A stretch of 64,000 nucleotides of DNA from a virus: IMG/VR virus record IMGVR_UViG_3300045988_081431, positions 1-64,000 of that record, one strand, 5' to 3'. Shown piece by piece: positions 36,839 through 45,353 of this stretch; positions within the stretch are counted from its first letter, which is position 1; each line of letters opens with the position of its first letter. The notes under the pieces are model-generated. The model ran no database searches and was not told the DNA's origin. It worked only from the letters and a program-made list of their open reading frames with translations. Made by a program: the position numbers and the translations under genes.

Positions 36839-37329
36839 AGATAGTGCATATGATTAAATATGGTTGTGGACAATGGGAAGACTACCATGAGGATGTTGAA
36901 TATATGTATGAATCATTTAACGAAGCCAAACAAAAATGTCTACAGTTACAATCAGAAATAGACCAACGATTACAAGATAATCAACATTGGTATGACACTT
37001 TAAATAAGCTAGATAATGAAGACATCGAAAGTGTTTATAATAGAGTTGTTAAACAGACAACTTTTGTTGTTGCGTTTTTTGAGTTTATTGACTCCCCTAA
37101 TGATTTTCCAGAAATCTTAGATTTGTTTGATAAAGATATGCAAGATAAATTCTTATTGTATGCCGAAGCATCAGAGTATGTATCTTCCGTTAGTATCTTT
37201 GATAATGACTTTGATAACCCTCATTACTTTATGTCTGTATACAAATGGTTAGACGATGGTTCGATGAAATGGGTTGATTCCTTTGGTTCTGAAACTCTAC
37301 AGGAAATGCCATTCTTAAAAGTAAACTAA
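36835..37329 (+). CDS. hypothetical acidic protein
   Basis: 164-aa D/E-rich ORF with a GGGAGA RBS and an ATGA overlap. Confidence 0.55.
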   Translation: MKIVHMIKYGCGQWEDYHEDVEYMYESFNEAKQKCLQLQSEIDQRLQDNQHWYDTLNKLDNEDIESVYNRVVKQTTFVVAFFEFIDSPNDFPEILDLFDKDMQDKFLLYAEASEYVSSVSIFDNDFDNPHYFMSVYKWLDDGSMKWVDSFGSETLQEMPFLKVN

Positions 37330-37364
37330 TTTTTGTGTTTTTTAAAAATATTGTTTTTATAACC

Positions 37365-37393
37365 TTGACATATTGTGTGTCCTGTGATATATT
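37365..37393 (+). promoter_or_regulatory. sigma70-type promoter
   Basis: TTGACA, 17-nt spacer ending in TGa, TATATT. Confidence 0.6.
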
Positions 37394-37525
37394 AATGGTG
37401 TAAGAACGATGGTTGAATTGCCAAGTCTTAATCCATCGTGTTTTGGGATTAGATTCCCAATTAGTAAAAAATATTCGTCCTATTGGGTTTTAAATCCCAG
37501 CTTATAACAAAGTGAGGTAAAAATT

Positions 37526-37693
37526 ATGCGAGTTGTATCTTATGAACATTTGTTTGGCGACAACAAGTATGTATCAAACAAATATGAACAATATGTTGTT
37601 ACAAAAGATGGTATTAAGTATCTGCCATTAGACATTGTTGAAGAAATCGGTTTCGATTATGAACAATCTGCCGTTATGGAGGTTGAGTTCTAG
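37526..37693 (+). CDS. small hypothetical protein (55 aa, below ORF-track cutoff)
   Basis: The ATG is preceded by a GTGAGG RBS. The stop TAG overlaps the GTG start of the next gene (TAGTG). Translation: MRVVSYEHLFGDNKYVSNKYEQYVVTKDGIKYLPLDIVEEIGFDYEQSAVMEVEF. Confidence 0.45.
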   Translation: MRVVSYEHLFGDNKYVSNKYEQYVVTKDGIKYLPLDIVEEIGFDYEQSAVMEVEF

Positions 37694-38415
37694 TGAATAT
37701 TTTAATCGCCTGTGAGGAGTCTCAAACGGTATGCAAAGCCTTTAGGGAACTTGGGTTTAATGCCTATAGTTGTGACATCGTGGAATGTTCTGGAGAACAT
37801 CCAGAGTGGCACTTTAAGGTAGATATATTCGATGTTATCAAACGCAAGGGTGGAGTTACCCAAAGTGGTAATCTTGTGTTTGTTGACAAATGGGATTTAA
37901 TGATTGCCCATCCGCCGTGTACATACTTGACTTCTAGTGGTGCAAAATGGTATTACCACCCTGATGACAAACATCTACCGATTGAAGACCGCAGACCACA
38001 TCCAAAGTTTCCAAATCGTAAGAAAGACCAAGAAGATGGTGCGAACTTCTTTATGGCTCTTATGAATGCAAACATTGATTATATTGCGGTTGAAAACCCT
38101 GTTGGTGTTATGTCAACGAGATACCGCAAGCCAGACCAGATTGTACAACCGTATATGTTTGGCGATTCAGCACGTAAGACCACTTGTTTGTGGCTAAAGG
38201 GTCTACCATTATTGCATCCTACGGAGATAGTAGATGAGGGTGAGACTTTGACATTCAAAAGCGGCAAGCGTATGCAAAAGTGGATTTCAGATGCATTAAC
38301 TGAAACGAAAACTGCCGAAGAACGCAGACGGTTACGCTCTAAGACTTTCAAGGGTATGGCACAAGCCATGGCTAAACAATGGGGCGACTATATTAAACAA
38401 CAGGAGGATAAATGA
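37693..38415 (+). CDS. DNA (cytosine-5) methyltransferase-like protein (divergent family)
   Basis: 'ILIACEESQTVCKAFRELGFNAYSCDI', 'HPPCTYL' (PC-motif-like) and 'VENP' (ENV-like). I remember this family being annotated as a phage DNA cytosine methyltransferase. I do not see a canonical FxGxG motif. Confidence 0.4.
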   Translation: MNILIACEESQTVCKAFRELGFNAYSCDIVECSGEHPEWHFKVDIFDVIKRKGGVTQSGNLVFVDKWDLMIAHPPCTYLTSSGAKWYYHPDDKHLPIEDRRPHPKFPNRKKDQEDGANFFMALMNANIDYIAVENPVGVMSTRYRKPDQIVQPYMFGDSARKTTCLWLKGLPLLHPTEIVDEGETLTFKSGKRMQKWISDALTETKTAEERRRLRSKTFKGMAQAMAKQWGDYIKQQEDK

Positions 38416-39215
38416 AAGATTATAAACTGTTAAGGGGCAACGTCAGTCATGACGAGTACGTGAAATATCTGCATAATATCGTTTTCCATTATGCAACATT
38501 AGATGCTACGGTTGAAAACACTCAACAGATTTTGTCTTATGCAGATGCACTACATGATGCTTTGAAAGCTAATACCGATGGTGAAGAATCGTTCATTTAC
38601 AGTCTGGCTACTGGTTTGGTACACCATTATAAACAACATGTTCAGTCTCAAGCTGAACCTGTGGAAGATACTCAGGAAGACTCATTAGACATGGTAAACA
38701 CAGAAGAAAACACCACAGATGATTCATATAGTGGTAAATTCAATCTTGGTGACCGTGTTGTTATACATGGAGAAAAAGCCTTTAATAAGCCAGAGTTTGG
38801 TACTGTTGTGTTGATTGACGATGATATAAACCAAACCTATTACTTAGTGCAACTTGACAACAAAAACAAGGGGTGGAATGCATTAATCCATAACGAGGGT
38901 ATCAACTGCAAGAACGTATGGTGGAGTACAGAGGACAAAATGGTTCTTGCCAAAGACTTCTTACAGTTAGATACTTGGTATTGTAGTACAGATTACACCA
39001 CGCATCAGTTAGGGGATATTTTACCTGCAGGCTCCGAGGTTCGTATTACCAGTTTGTCTGACGAAGATGTCTATGGAACACCTGATAAAGAATTAACGCA
39101 ACGTGCCATAGTAACAGCAATTATTTCAAATGACGGAGATACATATCTCGTAACATCTGCCGATAACCACCCAAGAAAGTATTTTAAATTGTTTAAACGA
39201 CAGGAGAAAATCTAA
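38412..39215 (+). CDS. hypothetical protein
   Basis: 267-aa ORF with an AGGAGG RBS and an acidic linker in the middle. Confidence 0.55.
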   Translation: MKDYKLLRGNVSHDEYVKYLHNIVFHYATLDATVENTQQILSYADALHDALKANTDGEESFIYSLATGLVHHYKQHVQSQAEPVEDTQEDSLDMVNTEENTTDDSYSGKFNLGDRVVIHGEKAFNKPEFGTVVLIDDDINQTYYLVQLDNKNKGWNALIHNEGINCKNVWWSTEDKMVLAKDFLQLDTWYCSTDYTTHQLGDILPAGSEVRITSLSDEDVYGTPDKELTQRAIVTAIISNDGDTYLVTSADNHPRKYFKLFKRQEKI

Positions 39216-39469
39216 TGAAAAATCGAATTGAAGAACATCCAGTATTTACGTTTCGTTTAATCTATTGGGTGACATATATTGTGTTATTGGTGTTGTTAAA
39301 CTTTCAGCATCCCTCCTTAGTAGCTTTGACTATTGGCATCTTTGGTATTCTCAGTATTAGCCGTATGGTTACAGGCTTGACGGCAATACTATTGGTTAAA
39401 TACAAAGGGTATGTCCTTGATGTTGAACCCTCAAGTATGCTAAAGGTTGATGGAAAACTGATTGGCTAA
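39215..39469 (+). CDS. small membrane protein
   Basis: 84 aa with two TM segments and an AGGAGA RBS. Confidence 0.55.
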   Translation: MKNRIEEHPVFTFRLIYWVTYIVLLVLLNFQHPSLVALTIGIFGILSISRMVTGLTAILLVKYKGYVLDVEPSSMLKVDGKLIG

Positions 39470-39492
39470 TATAATTACAGGAGAGAAAAATC

Positions 39493-40410
39493 ATGAAATA
39501 TACAAACGGAAACGCCAGTATTTGGCTTGGTTTACAAGATGGCACACGCATTATTGAATATCCAGACAATCAGGGTTTAATCTTAGATACACCACTCAAT
39601 ATTGATATTCGTGTATCTACACAATGTCCATATGGGTATAATTCTATCACGAGAAAATCTACTTGTGAATTTTGTCACGAGTCTGCCCTAGTGAATGGAC
39701 AAGAGTGTGACTACAATAGATTAACTCAAGTGCTAACAGATGCAAAATTGCCACGTGGCACAGAAATTGCCCTTGGGGTTAATCAGGTCACAGACGATTT
39801 AATTCAATTCGTGAAAGACTTATGGAAACTTGGGTTGATTGTAAACATTACCATGAACGAGCGTTATATTACTGAATTTGGCGACACAGGATTGTTACAA
39901 CTAAAGCCATACATATTTGGTCTTGGTATCTCTTATCGCTCCTTACAGGGGTGTTTATCGCTACCAGATTGGATTGCAGATTATCCACACACGGTTATTC
40001 ATGTAATCAATGGTATTGACGACTTTAATGATGTCGTTGAACTTGGGGTTAAATACCGTAAGTTATTAATCCTTGGGGAAAAGGACTTTGGCTTTAATAC
40101 AGGTAAAGTCAACTTGAACACCCCAAGTCATATCGAATGGAAATCTAATGTTATGCAATTAACGAAAATATTCGATGTTGTCTCATTCGACAACTTGGGG
40201 TTGCAACAATTAGAAATCCGTGGTAAAATAACAGATGAAGAATACAAAACCTTTTACCAAGGAGAACACTCCATGTATATCAATGCGGTGGAACAATACT
40301 ACTCGCCATCTAGTCGGACAAGAAACGGTATTAAACACTTTAATGAAATCTCTTTGGTAGATTATTTCCAAGATTGTGAAAGAAAGCAGGTATCTCATGA
40401 AACTAATTAG
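39493..40410 (+). CDS. Cys-cluster protein, possible non-canonical radical-SAM/TIM-barrel enzyme
   Basis: 305 aa with C45-x12-C58-x2-C61 ('CPYGYNSITRKSTCEFC') after a beta-strand-like 'NIDIRVST', and alternating hydrophobic strands downstream. This is an assignment by analogy only. Confidence 0.25.
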   Translation: MKYTNGNASIWLGLQDGTRIIEYPDNQGLILDTPLNIDIRVSTQCPYGYNSITRKSTCEFCHESALVNGQECDYNRLTQVLTDAKLPRGTEIALGVNQVTDDLIQFVKDLWKLGLIVNITMNERYITEFGDTGLLQLKPYIFGLGISYRSLQGCLSLPDWIADYPHTVIHVINGIDDFNDVVELGVKYRKLLILGEKDFGFNTGKVNLNTPSHIEWKSNVMQLTKIFDVVSFDNLGLQQLEIRGKITDEEYKTFYQGEHSMYINAVEQYYSPSSRTRNGIKHFNEISLVDYFQDCERKQVSHETN

Positions 40411-40888
40411 AACAGGCGTATTTGAAACCAATAGTTCTTCTTGTCATTCTATGGCATATGTCGCAGATTTACGATTGAATAAGCCAAAGAATCAAACAAT
40501 TACACAACAGTTTGGGTTCTTAGGTTTTACTCCTATGTTTAACGACCAGTCTTGGGAAGTCCATTTCGTGGATTATATATGGAAAGAACAAACATTATCT
40601 ACACCACAAGAAAAGCTGTGGTTTTTACTAATGGAAATCTATAGCGAATCTTTGGTTGACGAAGTGTTTGGCGACCCATTTTATCTACAGATAAAACAAT
40701 GGTTATCTGACATCGGCATCTATTTAGAAGAAATTGGGTACGATGAAGACGACATTGTTGACTCAGTTCCGACCAACGGTGTCGTTAACAAAGAAATGTT
40801 TAAATCTAAAGAAGATTTATATAAATATCTATTTGATAATAACCTTGTGATTGATGTTCGACAATATGCGGTAATGGCGGAGTATTAA
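40397..40888 (+). CDS. hypothetical protein, FETNSSSxHS-motif family (paralogue 1)
   Basis: 163 aa from ATG 40397. 'MKLIRTGVFETNSSSCHS', 'TPQEKLWFLL' and 'FKSKEDLYKYLFDNNLVI' are all shared with the next gene. Confidence 0.6.
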   Translation: MKLIRTGVFETNSSSCHSMAYVADLRLNKPKNQTITQQFGFLGFTPMFNDQSWEVHFVDYIWKEQTLSTPQEKLWFLLMEIYSESLVDEVFGDPFYLQIKQWLSDIGIYLEEIGYDEDDIVDSVPTNGVVNKEMFKSKEDLYKYLFDNNLVIDVRQYAVMAEY

Positions 40889-40906
40889 TGAAAGGAATGA
40901 AAACAA

Positions 40907-41452
40907 ATGAAATTAATTCGTAGTGGTGTCTTTGAGACCAACTCTAGTTCTGCCCATTCTCTATCCTTTGGTACATCCAAGGTTGTCCGTGGTGCATCTT
41001 GGGGCATGCCACCTGATGAAACCGACTTTAGCAATCCTTTGTATCATCTAACGGAAGTGCCAAGTCACTATCAGGGATACTCTTTAGAAGAAAGTCTTAA
41101 CGATTACGGATGGAATGGCTATGATGTAGATACACCACAGCAAAAACTGAGTTACTTATTAACCGCTCTGGGAGATGATATTCAAACTGTCAGAGAACAT
41201 CCATTTTACACACAATTAGAAGAATGGTTGTCTGAGTTGGGTATTGGCTTTATTAAGGCAGAAGATTGCGATGGTTATACAGATGGTTATATCGACCATC
41301 AAAGCCATGGCATAGTCGAACCAAGTCTATTTAAAACAAAAGAAGACTTGGTTACATACTTGTTTAATGACAACTTGATTATTCACATCGAGAACGACAA
41401 TAGTGACTATCAAGAGTGGTATACAGGAGAATGCACACATGATGAATACTAA
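40907..41452 (+). CDS. hypothetical protein, FETNSSSxHS-motif family (paralogue 2)
   Basis: 181 aa with 'MKLIRSGVFETNSSSAHS', 'TPQQKLSYLL' and 'FKTKEDLVTYLFNDNLII'. Confidence 0.6.
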   Translation: MKLIRSGVFETNSSSAHSLSFGTSKVVRGASWGMPPDETDFSNPLYHLTEVPSHYQGYSLEESLNDYGWNGYDVDTPQQKLSYLLTALGDDIQTVREHPFYTQLEEWLSELGIGFIKAEDCDGYTDGYIDHQSHGIVEPSLFKTKEDLVTYLFNDNLIIHIENDNSDYQEWYTGECTHDEY

Positions 41453-41663
41453 GGTGTATATTGTTGTTATGGTCGATGAATATTTAACAGACCGTACCTA
41501 TGATTCACCAGAATACATGTATTATACCCAAGAAGATGCAGTCGCAAAAATGCATGAGTTATATTGTAAAGATGAACACGAATGGTTCATTGACTGTTAC
41601 GAGCGATTGGAGAACGGTCGTCTAATTCTCAATGATACACTCTGGGGTAAAGACATATGCTAA
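41439..41663 (+). CDS. hypothetical protein
   Basis: 74 aa from ATG 41439, after a CAGGAGA RBS. Confidence 0.45.
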   Translation: MMNTKVYIVVMVDEYLTDRTYDSPEYMYYTQEDAVAKMHELYCKDEHEWFIDCYERLENGRLILNDTLWGKDIC

Positions 41664-41986
41664 AACACAGGTTGAGACAACAAGTTTTAACAACACTTGA
41701 TAGAAACCGTCAAGTGAAATCTATAAAGTCATTAAACCAAAATGTATATGTTGACGAACCACACTTAGATATGTTACAATGGGTTATACGGTCGTTTTCC
41801 ACATGCGTTCGCAAGAGTCTCGATACGGCGTTGTTGCTGCATTTGGCAAGCAATTATACCGAAGAAGAATTGCGTAATTTACCCATGAGTGCTATCTCTC
41901 ACTTGGTAGACGTTCGGTTTATTCGAGATGCAGACGGTGGTATTGGTTATGAGATACGACCAAAGTTACACACGGTAAAAATATAA
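41657..41986 (+). CDS. hypothetical protein
   Basis: 109-aa ORF that overlaps the upstream stop. Confidence 0.5.
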   Translation: MLKHRLRQQVLTTLDRNRQVKSIKSLNQNVYVDEPHLDMLQWVIRSFSTCVRKSLDTALLLHLASNYTEEELRNLPMSAISHLVDVRFIRDADGGIGYEIRPKLHTVKI

Positions 41987-42000
41987 CGCAGGAGGTCTGT

Positions 42001-42899
42001 ATGAAATTCATTGATTTATTCGCTGGGATTGGCGGTTTTCATTCTGGTTTAACCAAAGCTGGTATGGAATGTGTTGGTTGGTGCGAACAAGATAAATACG
42101 CACAACAGTCATCCCGTGCGTTATATCCAACGGATAATCTTTGGTTTTCACCAGATGTTCGTGCATTAAGCGGTACAGAGATGCCGTATGCAGACCTGTG
42201 GTGCTTCGGTTTCCCATGTCAAGACGTTTCCATTGCTGGACTGAAAGGTGGCATGGGAAATACACGAAGCGGTTTATTTTATGAGGTCATGAGGTTATTA
42301 AATGAAACAGAACATAAACCCAAATGGTTGCTTATTGAAAATGTTAAAAACCTCTTGTCAATTGACAACGGATGGGGATTTTACTCGGTTTTGTCTGAAA
42401 TGGACAAAGCAGGGTATGGTGTCGCATGGCGTGTGTATAACACAAAAGACTTTGGACTTCCGCAAAACCGTGAAAGGGTGTTCATTGTCGGACATCTTGG
42501 AAACGAATGTCCATCCGAAGTATTATATCGACCAGACCAAAGCGAACAATCTATTATTCGACTCGGAAATCTCTTAAAGACTGAATCTTTTGGTGGTATC
42601 CACAAAGAGGTCGTGTGTACTCACCAAGTGGGTTGTCTCCGACCGTTACTTGTATCAAGGGCGGCGGTCAAGAACCAAAGATTTTACTTAGTAAAAACCC
42701 CAATGTGATACGCAAGCTGACCCCAAGGGAGTTCTGGCGATTACAGGGGTTTACAGACCAACAATTTGAAACCTGTGCGAAGATACAATCAGATGCACAG
42801 TTATATAAACAAGCTGGCAATTCCGTCAGTATTCCCATTGTGTATGAACTTGGGAAGAATATTATTGAATGTCACAGGAGGTTACATGGCAATGGGTAA
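42001..42899 (+). pseudogene. DNA (cytosine-5)-methyltransferase (Dcm-type), reading frame broken by a 1-nt shift near 42597-42606
   Basis: - Frame 1 carries motif I 'DLFAGIGGF', 'GFPCQDVS', 'ENV' and 'QNRERVF'.
- The -1 frame from 42585 carries 'RGRVYSPSGLSPTVT', 'RKLTPREFWRLQGF' and 'GNSVSIPIV'.
- One extra A in the AAA run at 42604-42606 would fuse the two frames. Confidence 0.8.
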
Positions 42900-43152
42900 G
42901 TTTATTGATAATTGCAAAAAGGCTATATTGATGGCAAGTGAACACAATATAGATAGAGATGATTTATATCGCTCTTTAAACATTGTTTGGTTTTGTAAGA
43001 CATTACAAAACCACAAAGCCTTAGTAATGTCTACAAATGATGCACTATATCATACATATTGGGAAGTTACATACAATGGTGCTAAAAACCAATATTATGT
43101 AGACGAATATTGTAAGAAATCTAATACTGCTATTACACTTGCAGAGGTGTAA
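42886..43152 (+). CDS. hypothetical protein
   Basis: 88 aa from ATG 42886, after a CAGGAGG RBS. Confidence 0.5.
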   Translation: MAMGKFIDNCKKAILMASEHNIDRDDLYRSLNIVWFCKTLQNHKALVMSTNDALYHTYWEVTYNGAKNQYYVDEYCKKSNTAITLAEV

Positions 43153-43154
43153 CA

Positions 43155-44312
43155 TTGAAACAATGTAAAGATTATAACGATTTGTTAATACAGAATGTTG
43201 ACATTGGCTCTCTTGAGACTGAACCCCTAGATATTACTTGTTTGAATGTTCTTCTTGAGGAGTATCCAAAGAAAGAAGACCAATATAAAAAGGCATCTCG
43301 GTTCTGTAAGTCAGTCACCGATAAAATGGTTCTTGCCGATATTGCCACAATGCTGGCAAAACGATGGGAGCGTTCCATTGAAGATGTCAAAAATTATCTC
43401 GATGTGACTGCAACGAGTGGTGAAGAACTTTGGGAAAAAGTCCATGGTTTTAATGACTCATTTGAAGACATGAAGACATTCATCGGTCAAGAGGGTGTTC
43501 CCCTTGGTTTTCCATCCTTGGATTTTGCAATCAATGGTGTTAAACGCAGAGAAATCGTGTTGTTGGGTGCATATACCAACCAAGGTAAGTCATTCTTTGC
43601 AGCCAAGGTTGCCGCACATCGGTTAATGGACTCTAATGATAATGTCTTGATTTTCTCTTTGGAGATGCCACGAGGTCAATTTTTGGCTGAAATCGTCAAG
43701 GAAATTCTTGGGGTTGAAGAAGACGAGTTATTCGAGATGTTGCAAACAGAACAGGGTATCGAGATTTATTCCAAGGTGTCTGCTGTGTTAGACAAGCGTG
43801 TTCGTTTTGTTGATGAGCCGAATAAAACTATTGAAGACCTTGAGAAGATTACCGAGGTTTGTTATGCTAATGACTTCCCTGTAGATTTTGTTGTGTTCGA
43901 CCACTTCCATTTGATACCTGACATTGATGATATTCCTGTGTTGTCTAAAAATGCAAACAAGATGAAAGAGTACGTTAAAAAGTTCAACTTGATTTTGTTT
44001 ATGCTTTGCCAGTTCAACGAGGAATCTCAAAATACCTTTGGGAAAGAAAAAAGTAAGAAACCATATGAACCAATCTTGAGATACATCAAAGGTTCTAATG
44101 CGTTAAAAGCCATCGCAGATATTATTCTGTTGTTGTGGCGACCATATATCACCGATACGCAACTTGATTTTGACGAAAGAGAGAAAGTCAAAAATCACAC
44201 CTATGTTAAAATTGGTAAGACTCGTAGAAAATTACGAGGACCAGCCAATATATTCCAATTCAAGTATGACGAGAAAACATCTCATTTGTCAGAGATTAAT
44301 TATTTCTCATAA
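43155..44312 (+). CDS. DnaB-like replicative helicase (RecA-type C-terminal domain)
   Basis: Walker A 'GAYTNQGKSFF', Walker B 'FVVFDHFHL', and 'IKGSNALKAIADIILLLWRP'. TTG start after an AGAGGTG RBS. Confidence 0.7.
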   Translation: MKQCKDYNDLLIQNVDIGSLETEPLDITCLNVLLEEYPKKEDQYKKASRFCKSVTDKMVLADIATMLAKRWERSIEDVKNYLDVTATSGEELWEKVHGFNDSFEDMKTFIGQEGVPLGFPSLDFAINGVKRREIVLLGAYTNQGKSFFAAKVAAHRLMDSNDNVLIFSLEMPRGQFLAEIVKEILGVEEDELFEMLQTEQGIEIYSKVSAVLDKRVRFVDEPNKTIEDLEKITEVCYANDFPVDFVVFDHFHLIPDIDDIPVLSKNANKMKEYVKKFNLILFMLCQFNEESQNTFGKEKSKKPYEPILRYIKGSNALKAIADIILLLWRPYITDTQLDFDEREKVKNHTYVKIGKTRRKLRGPANIFQFKYDEKTSHLSEINYFS

Positions 44313-44338
44313 AATATGACAAATATATAAATTAATAC

Positions 44339-44367
44339 TTGACTATGACGACTAGATGTGATATTAT
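44339..44367 (+). promoter_or_regulatory. sigma70-type promoter of the non-coding/tRNA operon
   Basis: TTGACT, 17-nt spacer ending in TGa, TATTAT. No ORF lies downstream for about 1.2 kb. Confidence 0.6.
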
Positions 44368-44690
44368 AATAGTGTACTAAGGGGGTTAGACAACCCTTAG
44401 TAAGCCTCCTTTCTTAACATAGTCAACGGAGTAACATCCGTTGACACACATGGGTCGTGCAGGATGCAATCAACACACTTGATTTTGGGTTCAATTCCCA
44501 AGAGACCCAATAGCATAAACGGTGCTTGCTACCGTGTCAAAAGTGAGCGTTCCATGTGACGAGAAAACATGGCAGAGACAACTGGGAACCATCACTATAG
44601 ATGTAAAAGATGGGTCGCTTGGTTGATGTGCGACAAACAAACATCAAAAAACAGGTTACTGTTCAGCCTGTAGAATAAAAACAGGGTTGT

Positions 44691-44794
44691 GCCATTCCAT
44701 AATCGCACCGTCAGACAAGACGTAAATATCATATGTAAAAATGTAGAGCATTCCATTTTTACTGCCGTCAGACCAGACGTTAAAATCATGTAGT
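44691..44794 (+). repeat. imperfect tandem duplication (period 57 nt) inside the non-coding leader
   Basis: GCCATTCCATAATCGCACCGTCAGACAAGACGTAAATATCATATGTA versus GCATTCCATTTTTACTGCCGTCAGACCAGACGTTAAAATCATGTAGT. Each copy holds a CGTC-N6-GACG hairpin. Confidence 0.7.
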
Positions 44795-44932
44795 GCAGGC
44801 TGACATTAAAGTGTCTGCTACGAGTGTACACATCTACCGCCGATGAGTATAGACGTATACGAACATAAGACATCGAGATTGCAATCTTTCGGTGGTCGAA
44901 TGATACAACAAGGATTGTATGGCGGTAGACAT

Positions 44933-45024
44933 GGATGGTTGTCAGAGTGGTTTATTGAGTCTCTTTGCTAAAGAGATGTCGTTCATTAAAACGACCATAG
45001 GTTCAAATCCTGTACCATCCTCCA
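44933..45024 (+). tRNA. tRNA-Ser (anticodon GCU), class II with long variable arm, CCA encoded
   Basis: Hand-folded. Acceptor GGATGGT/ACCATCC, anticodon arm TCTCT-TTGCTAA-AGAGA, variable stem GTCGTT/AACGAC, T arm ATAGG-TTCAAAT-CCTGT. Confidence 0.85.
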
Positions 45025-45029
45025 TTTAT

Positions 45030-45104
45030 TCTTGGGTAGTTCAATGGTAGAGCATCTGGCTGTTAACCAGAGAGTTATAGGTTCGAGTCCTATCCCAAGA
45101 GCCA
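45030..45104 (+). tRNA. tRNA-Asn (anticodon GUU), CCA encoded
   Basis: Hand-folded. Acceptor TCTTGGG/CCCAAGA, D stem GTTC/GAGC, anticodon arm TCTGG-CTGTTAA-CCAGA, T arm ATAGG-TTCGAGT-CCTAT. Confidence 0.9.
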
Positions 45105-45107
45105 CGT

Positions 45108-45197
45108 GGAAAGTTGGCAGAGTCTGGTTTATTGCATCGGTCTTGAAAACCGAAGAACAGTAATGTTCCGTGAGTTCAAATCTCACACTTTCCTCCA
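45108..45197 (+). tRNA. tRNA-Ser (anticodon UGA), class II, CCA encoded
   Basis: Hand-folded. Acceptor GGAAAGT/ACTTTCC, anticodon arm TCGGT-CTTGAAA-ACCGA, variable stem GAAC/GTTC, T arm GTGAG-TTCAAAT-CTCAC. Confidence 0.85.
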
Positions 45198-45353
45198 GAG
45201 CCAAGATATGTGTGTTACGGCATCGTATCGCCGAACGAGTTCTTTAAGGGGTTCTCGTTCGGATGGCATACATCGTGTTAATTGGGTAATAGTCCAAGAG
45301 ACACGCATGATTTTTCCTCCTGACTGACTTGGGGTAAAACCCAAGTCGCTCAT

